A DNA stretch of 64,000 nucleotides. It comes from an uncultured Lentisphaeraceae bacterium (GTDB lineage Bacteria > Verrucomicrobiota > Kiritimatiellia > RFP12 > DVOR01). Below the pieces are notes generated by a model. That model had not been told where the DNA came from. It was given only the letters and a program-made list of their open reading frames with translations, and searched no databases. Positions 28,139-37,635 of the stretch are shown here, one piece after another. The stretch spans positions 1,472-65,471 of the forward strand of contig CASEMQ010000033.1 of assembly GCA_949289005.1 (NCBI GenBank). The letters are read 5' to 3'. The stretch's first letter is position 1, and every line of letters begins with the position of its first letter. Made by a program: the position numbers and the translations under genes.

Positions 28139-30553
28139 TCAGTGGATGACCTCGTGGACGGTGGCGGGTTTGTCGCCCGCGGTGAGGACGACGGCCTCGG
28201 CCTCGCGCTTGACGGTGAGGGGGCCGGTGGCGAGCACCTTGGTGTTCGCCTCGGTGACGGGCGCGGCGAGCGGCACGCGGATGGTCTGCCCGGCGGCCAG
28301 GGTGTAGCCGTTGTCCAAGGAGCCGTCGGTCATGGCCGCGACGACGTTGGCGGCGGCGTCCTTGGGCACGTCCACCTTGAACTGGCGCAGGGTGATGGTG
28401 ACGGGTTTGTCGGAGACGTTGATGTAGCGCGCGGCGTTGATACCGTCCTTGGCGTTGATGTGGCGGATTTCCATCTCGCCTTCCTTGCCGTTGCCGCGAA
28501 CCACGGTGGCGCGCTCGGACCAGGTCTTGCCGCCGTCGGTGGAGACTTGGAGGCGGCCCTGCTTGGGGGCGTCGGGGGTGTCGAGGATGAAGTGAACCCA
28601 GGTGGCGGCGACGCCGTCTGGCAGGCGGATGCCCACCCAGTCGCCGGGGGCGAGCGTCTTGGGCTCCATCACGCGCGGCAGTTGCACGAATTGGCCCTTG
28701 CGGGCGACGCGGAAGGAACGGAGAGACTCGACGTTGGTGATGAATTCGTAGAGTTTGGCATCGGCCTTGGGGGCGGGTTTGCCAGCGGTCTCGCGCCAGA
28801 GGCGGTCGTAAAGCGCCGCGCCCGCGCGGTCGAGCAGGGGCGTGAGCACGCGGGAGGCCACCACCACGCCGGCGCCGCCCTGGTAGGGCTTGACGGCATT
28901 GCGGGCGGAGATGGCGGCCTGGTCGGCGCGGTAGGCCAAGAGCGTGCGGAGGGCCTGCTCGGCGGGGCCCTTCCCGGCGAGGGCCTCGACGACGGGCACG
29001 CCGGTGGCGCCGAAACGGGTGAAGAGGTCCACCCAATCGGCCACTTCCGTCATGAAGAGCGGGTTGGCGCACTTGGCGCGGAGGGTTTCGCCGGCTTGGC
29101 GGATGGCGGCGAACTCGGCGGCGAGCGCGGCGAGGTCGTCCGCGGCGGGCGCCTGGCCGGCGTTCAGGGCTTGGGTGACGCGCTCGGCGGCGGGGGCGAT
29201 GGCCACGGATTCCTCGCGGCGGTAACCGTGGCCGTTGGGGCCTTGGTCGGAGTTGTGGTCGGCGAAGGTCTGGACGGCGGCGGCCACATGGGGGAACGTG
29301 CGGCGGATGCCGTCGCGCCAGGCGGCGTCGGCATCGTAGTCATCGGGGTTCCAGGCGTAGGCGGCCACGCCGAAGAGGCCGATTTTCGATGCCTCTGGCT
29401 TGTCCATGGGGTTGGAGGCGAAGCCTGCGTAGCGCGGGCCGTTGGTGGGGTCGTTGCCGTAGCATTTGCCGAGGAGGAGGTGGCTCTTGCAATAGTCGCT
29501 CACGGGCCAGTTCCACCAGATATAGGGCTTGCGGCCGACCTTGGCGGCGAACCATTCGGCGGTCTCCTTGGTGATGTTGGTGCACACCGAGTCGCCGGTC
29601 CACATCACCATGATGTCCTTGTCGAGCCCCTTGCCAAGGGTCTCCAGGTAGGGCCCGCCGGACCAGGCCTTGTTGTATTGCGTGGGGCAGAGGATGAGCG
29701 GGGTGACGTCGCCCTTCGCGCGAACAAAGTTGCGGTTCACATAGTTGAGCAGCTCCACCTGCTTCTCGGCGCGGGCGCCCTCGCCGCCGATGTCGTCGAA
29801 GAAGACGGCGAAGGAGCGGACGCCGAGCGCGTACATCATCTCGAACTTCGCCACGCAGGCCTTCATGTCGCTGTCGTCCTTCCAGTGGATGTCGCGCCCG
29901 GGATGGACGGCCCAGACGAAGTTCACCTTGTTGGCGTGAGCCACCTTCACCAATTCGGCGATGCGCTTGGCCTCGGCCTCCGGGTAAGGGTCGCGCCAGC
30001 GGTTGCTGAAACCGTGGAAGGGGTCATCCTTCGGGCCGTAGATATAGGTGTTCATCTTGGTCTCGCCGTAGAAGCGGAACTGGCTTTTGCGCGCCTCGAA
30101 ACTCCACGGGAGGCCGTAAAAGCCCTCGATGGTGCCGCGGAAGGCGACGTCCGGCCAGTCTTTGATGACCACGCCCGTGTAGCGGTCGGCCGCGAGCAAC
30201 TGGCGCAGGGTCTGCACGCCATAGAAGAAGCCCGCGCCATCGGCCGCCGCCAGATCCGCGCCCGTCTCGCGGAGCGTCAGCGTGTAGCCCTCCTTGGGCA
30301 GCGAGGCATCTGTCTTCCACGTGAGCGTGAAGGGCGCCTTGTCCACCACCTTGTGTGTACGCGCGAGCGCCGCGCGGGCGTCCGCGTCGAAGCCCTGCCC
30401 CGGCGCGAGGGCAATCTCGGCGGGCGTCGAGAAATCCCCGCCCGTCAACGTCACCGATTGCGGCGTGGGATACACGCGCATGGAGGCCGGCAATGTGTCC
30501 GCGCACACTGTCCACGCAATCGTCGCCGTCAAGGCGCAAAGAAGACTTTTCAT
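28139..30553 (-). CDS. Secreted GH84 beta-N-acetylglucosaminidase (O-GlcNAcase/NagJ-like) with C-terminal carbohydrate-binding-type domain
   Basis: Signal peptide. FRGTIEGFYG, YIYGPKDDPFH and the catalytic FAVFFDDI pair. C-terminal beta-rich ~150 aa with a discoidin-like feel. Confidence 0.85.
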   Translation of the reverse strand: MKSLLCALTATIAWTVCADTLPASMRVYPTPQSVTLTGGDFSTPAEIALAPGQGFDADARAALARTHKVVDKAPFTLTWKTDASLPKEGYTLTLRETGADLAAADGAGFFYGVQTLRQLLAADRYTGVVIKDWPDVAFRGTIEGFYGLPWSFEARKSQFRFYGETKMNTYIYGPKDDPFHGFSNRWRDPYPEAEAKRIAELVKVAHANKVNFVWAVHPGRDIHWKDDSDMKACVAKFEMMYALGVRSFAVFFDDIGGEGARAEKQVELLNYVNRNFVRAKGDVTPLILCPTQYNKAWSGGPYLETLGKGLDKDIMVMWTGDSVCTNITKETAEWFAAKVGRKPYIWWNWPVSDYCKSHLLLGKCYGNDPTNGPRYAGFASNPMDKPEASKIGLFGVAAYAWNPDDYDADAAWRDGIRRTFPHVAAAVQTFADHNSDQGPNGHGYRREESVAIAPAAERVTQALNAGQAPAADDLAALAAEFAAIRQAGETLRAKCANPLFMTEVADWVDLFTRFGATGVPVVEALAGKGPAEQALRTLLAYRADQAAISARNAVKPYQGGAGVVVASRVLTPLLDRAGAALYDRLWRETAGKPAPKADAKLYEFITNVESLRSFRVARKGQFVQLPRVMEPKTLAPGDWVGIRLPDGVAATWVHFILDTPDAPKQGRLQVSTDGGKTWSERATVVRGNGKEGEMEIRHINAKDGINAARYINVSDKPVTITLRQFKVDVPKDAAANVVAAMTDGSLDNGYTLAAGQTIRVPLAAPVTEANTKVLATGPLTVKREAEAVVLTAGDKPATVHEVIH

Positions 30554-30684
30554 GGTTTGGCCTTTCCTTGGTGTTCGGGCTCCTGCCCATCGGTTTTCAT
30601 TGTAGCACACTCCCGCGCCGCCGTGCAGTGGAAAACCGCGTTTCGTCCCGTCCGTGGCAATCGCCCGCCTCCCGGCCACGTCCT

Positions 30685-30850
30685 TGTCGATAACTTTCGC
30701 GAACCTGTTGAAAACCTGTCGAAGGTTTACCGACCGCGAGGTCTCTCAAATCGCGATTTTCAATCTATACAAGGGGTCGTTTTCCGGGATGCGCCGTACC
30801 TCACATCGAAACACGCCGCATCCCGGGGGGAGAGACGCCGCGATCCAAAA
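30685..30850. repeat. Copy A of a ~165-bp dispersed intergenic element
   Basis: Shares CTTGTCGATAACTTTGCGAAACCTGTTGAAAACCTGT, TTTTCAATC and ACACGCCGCATCCCGGGG blocks, in the same order, with 49318-49480. Confidence 0.75.
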
Positions 30851-31035
30851 AGGAGCTCGTGGGCGAGTTATCGACAACCGCGTCTTTCTCGTCCTCCCTT
30901 CCCCATGCCATCGCGGAACGGGCGAGGCGGGAAATCGGTTGCGGAAGACCCATGTGTATCGCCTCGGCGGGGCATGGAAAGAGTCTGCACATTGGCGCCC
31001 TACGCGAGGCTATCCGCGCATCGCCCCGGCGGGGC

Positions 31036-31452
31036 AGGGGCATGGGACGGGTGGTTGGCGCGGCGGGGGCGTTGCGGACGGTGCGGACGTGGTACGCGCC
31101 GGATGACGCGACCACGTGGGCGGCGGGGCGGCTGAGGTCGGTGCGCCACGAGGATGGCGCACTGGAGGTCTATGGGTATGGTTTTGAGGGGGATTGCTGG
31201 GTGGAGACGGTGACGGCGTTGCATGTGGATGCGCCGGAGCCGATGGCGGGGCGGACGACGCGGGAGGTGAAGGTCTATGACGCGGTGGGCAATCGCGTGG
31301 AGCGGCGCACGGAGGTCTTTCTGGCGGAGGGGTGGCGGGTCATCGACCGCACGCGGTATGTCCACAACGCGGCGGGGAAGGTTCCGGGCGTTTCCGCTCC
31401 GGAGAACAGTCCTATGTCTGCTGGAGCGACACCGAAGGCTTTCATCTCGTAA
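31036..31452 (+). pseudogene. Rhs/YD-repeat protein fragment
   Basis: The translation has YD-repeat-like units (VKVYDAVGNRVERRTEV; LEVYGYGFEGD). There is no credible start or N-terminus, the frame breaks near 31440, and local GC is lower. Confidence 0.4.
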
Positions 31453-31667
31453 GCAGCAAACACCCGGACGAAGAGACGCTCTGCCTGATTGAGAATGGGC
31501 GCTTGTCACAAAAACTTACGCGCACTCGGGCAAAGGACGCGCACGAAGAACGCCCCGAATACGCACGTCTGCCGCGTGGAAATGTGCGCGCCACACTTGC
31601 TCCGCTCCTTTTGCCTCCACGGCCAAATGCCGGCAGATGATTTTGACGATGCGATAAGGAGCGCGCG

Positions 31668-31934
31668 ATGCGGGCAGTCAGAATGGTGTTGATTGCGTTT
31701 TTGGTTGTCGGTGCCGTTTGGGCAGGGCTTCGTTTTTGCCTTGCCAGGGTGCAGATTTCGGAGCGCGAGGCTTTGTCCGCGATGTTTGAGTCTTGGGAGT
31801 TGGGCGAAGCCAAGGTGCCGTTGGGGGCGCTTGGCGTGCCCAACCATGTTCGCCGGGACAATCGGGCTCTGTACGACAACAGGCACACGCCACGTCACGC
31901 CACACTTTGCACGGTTGTGTCTCCTGCAGGATAA
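31668..31934 (+). CDS. Small membrane protein (88 aa), unknown function
   Basis: TAAGGAG RBS 7 nt before the ATG. One TM helix (MVLIAFLVVGAVWAGL). Lies downstream of the YD fragment. Confidence 0.4.
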   Translation: MRAVRMVLIAFLVVGAVWAGLRFCLARVQISEREALSAMFESWELGEAKVPLGALGVPNHVRRDNRALYDNRHTPRHATLCTVVSPAG

Positions 31935-32113
31935 GCGGGGCGTTTGTGTTTGGTTTGGGACGGGCGCACCCGCCTCGAAAGCAAGCGCCCCAAACCGCAC
32001 CATCCCCACGACACCCCGCGCGGCAACCCTTTTGCCTTTCCCGCGAGAAACAGTGTCGCCCTCGCGGATTGAAGCGCGTGCGGCTTCCCGGGACCTGCCG
32101 CGGTCGGCGCCGG

Positions 32114-35100
32114 TCAGGGTTCGGTGGCGAGGAGGCCGGCGTGGCGGATACGGCGGCGGAGGGTTTCGTAGCCGGCCAGGTTGCCGCGGGCGGTCTCGAT
32201 GGCACGGAGGCGGGTGAGGGTTTTGCGGAGCCAGGCGGTGCCATCCTCGCCATAGCGGTTTGGGCGGGCAAGGGCTCGATAGAGTTGGCGGGTGTATTGC
32301 TCGGCCGCGTCGTCGGGGCGATTTTGCTTTTCGTAGACGCGGCCGATTTTGTAGGCATACATGGCCTCGGCGTCGGCGTCGGCCTCCAGGCGGGCCTGAG
32401 CCTCGCGGAAGGCGTCGAGCGCGAGTGCGTAGCGCTCGGGGTCGTCGGTGGCGGTGACGAAGAAGCAATCGCCGAGGCGACCGTAGGCGGCGCCGATCCA
32501 AGGGGCGTTGGGGTTTTGGCGGACGAGTGCGTCAAGCACCTCGGCGGCCTCCCCGTGACGGGCGAGCTCGATGAGGGCCTCGGCCTGGAGGAAACGGGCG
32601 TCTGGGAGATTGTGGGCCTGCGGGACGCGTTGGGCGAGGGTGCCGACGAGCTCGACGGCGCGGGCGTAGTCCTGGTCTTGGTAGGCGGCGCGGGCGGCAA
32701 GGAGGAGCGCGGTGGCCACGCGGGGCTCTTGGGGCCAGCGTTCGGCAAAGGCGCGGAAGCCATCGGCGGCGGCGCGGTAGTCGCCGCGGTTGAAGTCGCT
32801 CTTGGCGAGCCAGAGGACCATGTCTGGGATGCGCGGGGAGTCGGGATAGGCGGCGACGAAACTCTCGGCGAAGGTACGCGCGGCCTCGTCGTCGCCCAGA
32901 CGATAGAGGCAAAGGACGCGGAAGAAGCGGGCTTCGGCGGCGAGCGCGGGCGTGGCGGAATCGGCGACGGCGGCGAAGTCGTCACGCGCGCGGGCAAGTT
33001 GGTCGAGGCCGTAGTAGACGCGGCCGCGTTCGAGGCGGAGCGCGTCGCGCCGGGCGGGGTCTTTGGCGCGAGGGAGGAAACGGGAGAACTCGGCGATGGC
33101 CTCGGTGGGGCGGTTTTCCTTGGCGAGCATGGCGCCGAGGCGCATGGCGGCGACAAAGGCATCGGCTTCATTGGCGTCGTGGGCATCGCGGGCCTCGGCG
33201 TAGGTTTTGCGGGCGCCCTCGGTATCGCCGGAGGCTTCGAGGCACCGCGCGAGGCGCAAGAGGATGGCGGGGTCGCGATCGGTGCGCAACAGTTCGCGGC
33301 AGAGGGTCTCGGCCCGGGCGTAACGCCGGGCGGCAAGGGCGGCCTCGACGGCTTCGAGGGCGAGTTCGCGGCGTTGCGCGGCGTCGTCGCCGGCCAGCTC
33401 GATGGCCTCGGAGAGGGAGGCAAGAGCCTCGTCGGCGCGGCCGAGGGCGAGCAGGAGGCGGCCGCGGCCTTGGCGGACGCGAATGCGGAGGTCAGGCACG
33501 TCATAACTCTCCAGCCAGCGGTCGTAGGCGGCAAGGGCCTCGTCTTGGCGGCCGAGCGCGCCGAGGGTCTCGGCGATGCGCAGTTGGAGCGCGGGAGCCT
33601 CGGGGGCGGAGGGGGCGAGGCGGACGGCGCGGTCGAGCATGTCCAGGCCCTCGGCAATCTCGTCCGCGCCGGTTTGGGCGCAAAGGAGCGCGCCGAGGGT
33701 GGAGAGCGCGGTCTGGCGGAGCGCGTCATCGCGGGCGGCGGAGACGGCACGGCGGGCATGGGCGATGCGCGCGGAGGCGGTGCGGGCCAGGGCGGAGGCG
33801 GCGAGGGCCAGGCGTGCCTCGATGGTGGGGCTCAGGCCCTCTTGGGCGAGGAGGCGATCGAGCAGGGCGATGGCGGCATCGCGGTCGGGCGCATTGGCGA
33901 AGGCGCCGGGCAACGCGAGCGCGCAATCGAGGTAAACCCCACCGAGGGACGCCTGCTCGGCGGCGCGAAGCAGAGCCGCGCGGGACTGCGCGTTGGGGAA
34001 GCGCGCGCACCACCGGAGGGCGTTCTCGGCGCGGACGCGGGTGTCGGCGCCCTTGGCGGCGTCCACGGCGGCGAAACGTTCGGATGCCTCGAAGGATTTG
34101 CCGAGTTCGAGGTCGGCCCGGAGAACGAGACGGAGCGCGGCGACGCCCCAAGGCGTGTCGGCGCTTGGCTTGGCCTCGGCGTAGGCGAGCTGGGTCTTGG
34201 CGAAGTCGCGGCGGCCGTTGTAGGCGGCCAGGGAGAATGCGAGGCGGCGATCGGCGGGAAGTTCGGGGGTGGTCTCGATGAGGGTGAGCGCGCCGGCCCA
34301 ATCTTCGCGGGCGAGCGCGGCGCGGATGAGGATTTCCCGGGCACGGGCGCGCTCCTCGGCGGAGATGCCGAGTTTGCCGAGGAGGGATTGCGCGGTCCGC
34401 TCGGCGAGGGTGACGTTGCCATCGTCCAGCGCCATGCCGGCCACAGGGAGCAGATCGGCTTGGGCACGGGCGGGCCCGGACACAAGCAGGCCGGCGGCCA
34501 ACACAAGCGACAGCGCCGTGGCGGGGGATTGGGGCGGCTCGGGGGGTGTGGCGCCGGGGCCGCGGAACAGGCGGCGGCCGACGAGGCGGATCAGCACGAG
34601 GAGGGCGAAGAGCGCGCACGGCGCACCGAAGACAAGGTCGCCGAAGCGGAGGTAGAGCGAGGCGTAGGGGCGCGCGGTAAGGGGCTGGCGGAGCGTGGAG
34701 AGGCCGGGCTCCTGGGGGAGGCGCTCTGGGCGGCCCACGGCGTCGATGGAGGCGTTGTGGCCGCCATTGGTGGCGCGGAACATGGGCACGCCGGTCTCGA
34801 TGCAACGGAGAATCGCCTGGCGGGCGTGTTGGGCGGGCTGGGCGGAGGGCGTATACCAGGCGTCGTTGCTGAGGTTGAGCAGGACGCGCGCGCCTTGGTT
34901 GACGGCCGAGCGCGCGACGGCCGCCACCGTGTCCTCGAAACAGATGAGCGGGCCGACCGTGAGGCCGGAGGGCAAGGTGAGCGTGGCGCGCGCCCAGTCG
35001 CCGGGATAAAGGCTGACGCCAATCGGGGTCAAGGCCTGGAGGATGGGAAAGGTCTTGTCAAGGGGGATGTATTCGCCAAAGGGAACGAGATGGCGTTTGC

Positions 35101-36124
35101 CGTAGACATGCCCGGGGGGGACGCCGGGCGTGTCGGTAATCAGGATGGCGGCGTTGAGAGGCTTGCGGGGCTCGAGCGCCCACGTATGGCCAACGAGCAA
35201 AGGCGTCTCGGCCGTCTTGGCGAGCGTGACGAGGGCGTTGGGCGGAATGCCGTCGGCGGCACTCTCCGGCCACAGCCAGAGGTCGGCGTGCAAATAGGGG
35301 AGCAGCCGGGCGCGCTCGGGCGCCGTCTCCCATGGGCTCTCGAAGGCTGCATCGGGCAAAAAGCGGCAGGGCACCTCCGTGCGCTCGGCGGCGACGGTGG
35401 CCACGCCGTCCTTGGGGAGCGCGTCGTAGGCGCGGATGCGGTCAAGCCCCCAGACGAAGGCCACCAGCACCACCGCCAACGGCAGGACTGTCTCCAGCGA
35501 GAGGCGCAGCCGCGGCAGGAAGCCCTCCGGCCCCGAATGCGTCACCGCGCACCAGAGCCGCTCGACGAGCGTGGCCACGGCGCCGTTGGCCGCCACCACG
35601 AGCGCCGAGACCAGCGCAGCCCCGCCGAGCGCAGCCGCCTGCGCCAAGGGCAGGAAGTCCGTGCAGGCCAACCCCAGCGGGTTCCAGGCAAAACCGCCGA
35701 AGAGCGTGGCGCGCAGGTACTCCAAGCCCGCCCACAGCGCCGGCTCGGCCACCAAGACCAGCGCGATGCGCCCCGCGCCCGGCTCCGGGCGGATTGCCCG
35801 CCGCAGGCTCGCGGCACAGGCGGCGAAGGCGCCCACGAAAAGCCCCAGGAGCGCGCTCAGGCCCAAGAGCGCGGGCACGACCAGCGGCCATGGCCCGCCA
35901 TTGTCGGCCAAGCGCAACATCCACCACAGTTGCCCCACCCACGCGGCCGCGCCCGTGAGCCACCCCAGCCAAAAGGCACGGCGCGGCGAGACATGCCGCG
36001 CCAGGAGCAGGAGCGGCACCAAGGCGAACCAGACGTTGCCGCTCTGGCGGAAGGGCTCCCAGACGGAGACGAGAAACGAGGCGGAAAGTGCCGCGGCGGC
36101 AATCTGCGCAAGGGTCTTGTTCAT
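32114..36124 (-). CDS. lnt: Apolipoprotein N-acyltransferase fused in frame to a ~800-aa TPR-repeat domain
   Basis: N-terminal ~520 aa: multi-TM plus the CN-hydrolase domain (KRHLVPFGEYIP, ICFED). There is no stop before a second hydrophobic segment and long Ala/Leu/Arg-rich TPR-like repeats. ATG at 36124 overlaps the upstream gene stop by 4 nt. Confidence 0.8.
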   Translation of the reverse strand: MNKTLAQIAAAALSASFLVSVWEPFRQSGNVWFALVPLLLLARHVSPRRAFWLGWLTGAAAWVGQLWWMLRLADNGGPWPLVVPALLGLSALLGLFVGAFAACAASLRRAIRPEPGAGRIALVLVAEPALWAGLEYLRATLFGGFAWNPLGLACTDFLPLAQAAALGGAALVSALVVAANGAVATLVERLWCAVTHSGPEGFLPRLRLSLETVLPLAVVLVAFVWGLDRIRAYDALPKDGVATVAAERTEVPCRFLPDAAFESPWETAPERARLLPYLHADLWLWPESAADGIPPNALVTLAKTAETPLLVGHTWALEPRKPLNAAILITDTPGVPPGHVYGKRHLVPFGEYIPLDKTFPILQALTPIGVSLYPGDWARATLTLPSGLTVGPLICFEDTVAAVARSAVNQGARVLLNLSNDAWYTPSAQPAQHARQAILRCIETGVPMFRATNGGHNASIDAVGRPERLPQEPGLSTLRQPLTARPYASLYLRFGDLVFGAPCALFALLVLIRLVGRRLFRGPGATPPEPPQSPATALSLVLAAGLLVSGPARAQADLLPVAGMALDDGNVTLAERTAQSLLGKLGISAEERARAREILIRAALAREDWAGALTLIETTPELPADRRLAFSLAAYNGRRDFAKTQLAYAEAKPSADTPWGVAALRLVLRADLELGKSFEASERFAAVDAAKGADTRVRAENALRWCARFPNAQSRAALLRAAEQASLGGVYLDCALALPGAFANAPDRDAAIALLDRLLAQEGLSPTIEARLALAASALARTASARIAHARRAVSAARDDALRQTALSTLGALLCAQTGADEIAEGLDMLDRAVRLAPSAPEAPALQLRIAETLGALGRQDEALAAYDRWLESYDVPDLRIRVRQGRGRLLLALGRADEALASLSEAIELAGDDAAQRRELALEAVEAALAARRYARAETLCRELLRTDRDPAILLRLARCLEASGDTEGARKTYAEARDAHDANEADAFVAAMRLGAMLAKENRPTEAIAEFSRFLPRAKDPARRDALRLERGRVYYGLDQLARARDDFAAVADSATPALAAEARFFRVLCLYRLGDDEAARTFAESFVAAYPDSPRIPDMVLWLAKSDFNRGDYRAAADGFRAFAERWPQEPRVATALLLAARAAYQDQDYARAVELVGTLAQRVPQAHNLPDARFLQAEALIELARHGEAAEVLDALVRQNPNAPWIGAAYGRLGDCFFVTATDDPERYALALDAFREAQARLEADADAEAMYAYKIGRVYEKQNRPDDAAEQYTRQLYRALARPNRYGEDGTAWLRKTLTRLRAIETARGNLAGYETLRRRIRHAGLLATEP

Positions 36125-37635
36125 GGCGCGGTCCTCTCGGCAAGGGTGAGCGTGGTGTGATGCTGCCCGAAGTCGCGGAAGGTGGCGACCGTCCCGGGAT
36201 AGGCGGCGCGAAGCGTGGCCAGGCGCGCGGCACGGTCGGGCGCGGGCGACAGATCGGGAAAGCGCAAGGCAAAGGTGTAACCGGCCCAGGCGGCCAAGGG
36301 CGTGGAGCGATCGGCCCGGGGCGCATCCTTGGAGAAGGGCCCCATCTCCAATCCACGCGGCACCTTGAGCCCGGCCTCGACGGCGAGATAGGTCTCCTGC
36401 GTCCAGATGGTGTCCGTGCCCAGGCGGTCGGCGGCGGCGCGGGCCACGGCGGCGGCGCGGCGCAGACGGAAGAGGTCCGGCTCGGCTTTGACGCGTGGCC
36501 AAAAACGGTCCTGTCCCATCGCGAACCATTGCTCGGCCACGGGCGAGCCCAGGCAGGTGAGCGCGAACGCGGCCAGGGCGAGCGCCTTGGCAAGCGCCAG
36601 GCGGAAGGTGTCGAAGGGGAGCAGGGTGAAACCCAGCGCCGCGGCCATCGCCAACGGCAACACCGCCGGCACCAGGTAATCGTCGTAAGGCACGGGCGCG
36701 AGGAGATGGACGGCGACAAGCGCGGCGGCGCAAAGCAACCACAGCTGCGGCAAGGGCGCGCGGTCGGCAGGCGGCCTCTTGAGCGCCGGGCGGCGCGTCA
36801 CGGACAACCAACCGAGCAGGAGGCAAAGGAGCGTGAGGAGCGGGTTGAAGCGGAGCACGCGCGCCACGCACCCCGCCGCGCCGAGCGGCCCCATCGGCGT
36901 GCGCGCGGCATGGAAGGCCTGCGCCTCACGGAAGCCCTCCGGCCACAGGAGCAGCTCCGGGACGAAGAGCAGGAGCAACGTCACGCCCCCGCCCAGCCCG
37001 AACCAGAGCCACGCGCGCGGCCCGGCCCAGTCGCGCCGCCACAGCAGCCACAGCCCCACCACCGGCAACAGCACGCCCATCGAGAGGCGGACGTCGGCAA
37101 GCAGGGCCAGCGTCGCGCCCGCGCCCGCCACGCACAGCGGGTCGGCCCCGCCCCCCTCGCGCAGCCCCGAGAGCAGGCGCAACGCCACGGCCAGCCCCAA
37201 CGCGCAGAGCGCGTAAGCCTTGGGGATGCAGGTGAAATAGGTGAACCAAAGCGAGAGCCCCAGAAGGCTCCAGAGCACGAGCCGCGCCAACCAACGCTCG
37301 TCCGCGCGTTTGTGGCAGGAGACCACCGCGCCGTCGGCCACGAAAATCGCCGCCAACCCCAACGCCGCCGTGAAGAGCCGCCCGCCCAGCACGCCAAAGG
37401 GCGACCAAAGCCACCCGAAGGCTGCGTAAACGGCGGGCATGACAAGCCCCTGCGTAAAGAAGAAGTCGCGGTGGGGGATTTCGCCGGCCATCACGCGGCG
37501 GGCGGCGTAGAGATACCAGCCCTCGTCTTGGTTGAGCGGGCCCAAAAGCGCATTGGCCACGAAGCCCGCCACGGTCAGCGCGAGCGCCGCCAGGCACCAA
37601 CGGCGCAAAGGCATGGGCGCGGCGGCGGGCGTCAT
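36121..37635 (-). CDS. GT-C fold glycosyltransferase (ArnT/PMT, GT39/83-like) membrane protein
   Basis: About 12 TM segments and a first-loop NQDEGWYLY motif (DE..Y). 4-nt overlaps with both neighbours. Confidence 0.6.
   Translation of the reverse strand: MTPAAAPMPLRRWCLAALALTVAGFVANALLGPLNQDEGWYLYAARRVMAGEIPHRDFFFTQGLVMPAVYAAFGWLWSPFGVLGGRLFTAALGLAAIFVADGAVVSCHKRADERWLARLVLWSLLGLSLWFTYFTCIPKAYALCALGLAVALRLLSGLREGGGADPLCVAGAGATLALLADVRLSMGVLLPVVGLWLLWRRDWAGPRAWLWFGLGGGVTLLLLFVPELLLWPEGFREAQAFHAARTPMGPLGAAGCVARVLRFNPLLTLLCLLLGWLSVTRRPALKRPPADRAPLPQLWLLCAAALVAVHLLAPVPYDDYLVPAVLPLAMAAALGFTLLPFDTFRLALAKALALAAFALTCLGSPVAEQWFAMGQDRFWPRVKAEPDLFRLRRAAAVARAAADRLGTDTIWTQETYLAVEAGLKVPRGLEMGPFSKDAPRADRSTPLAAWAGYTFALRFPDLSPAPDRAARLATLRAAYPGTVATFRDFGQHHTTLTLAERTAP

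Noticed and set aside
36125-36871. N-terminal extension of the lnt ORF up to 36871
   Set aside because: The extension is R/P/A-rich and overlaps the GT-C gene out of frame. The MNKTLAQIAAAAL start at 36124, with its 4-nt overlap, fits an Lnt N-terminus.
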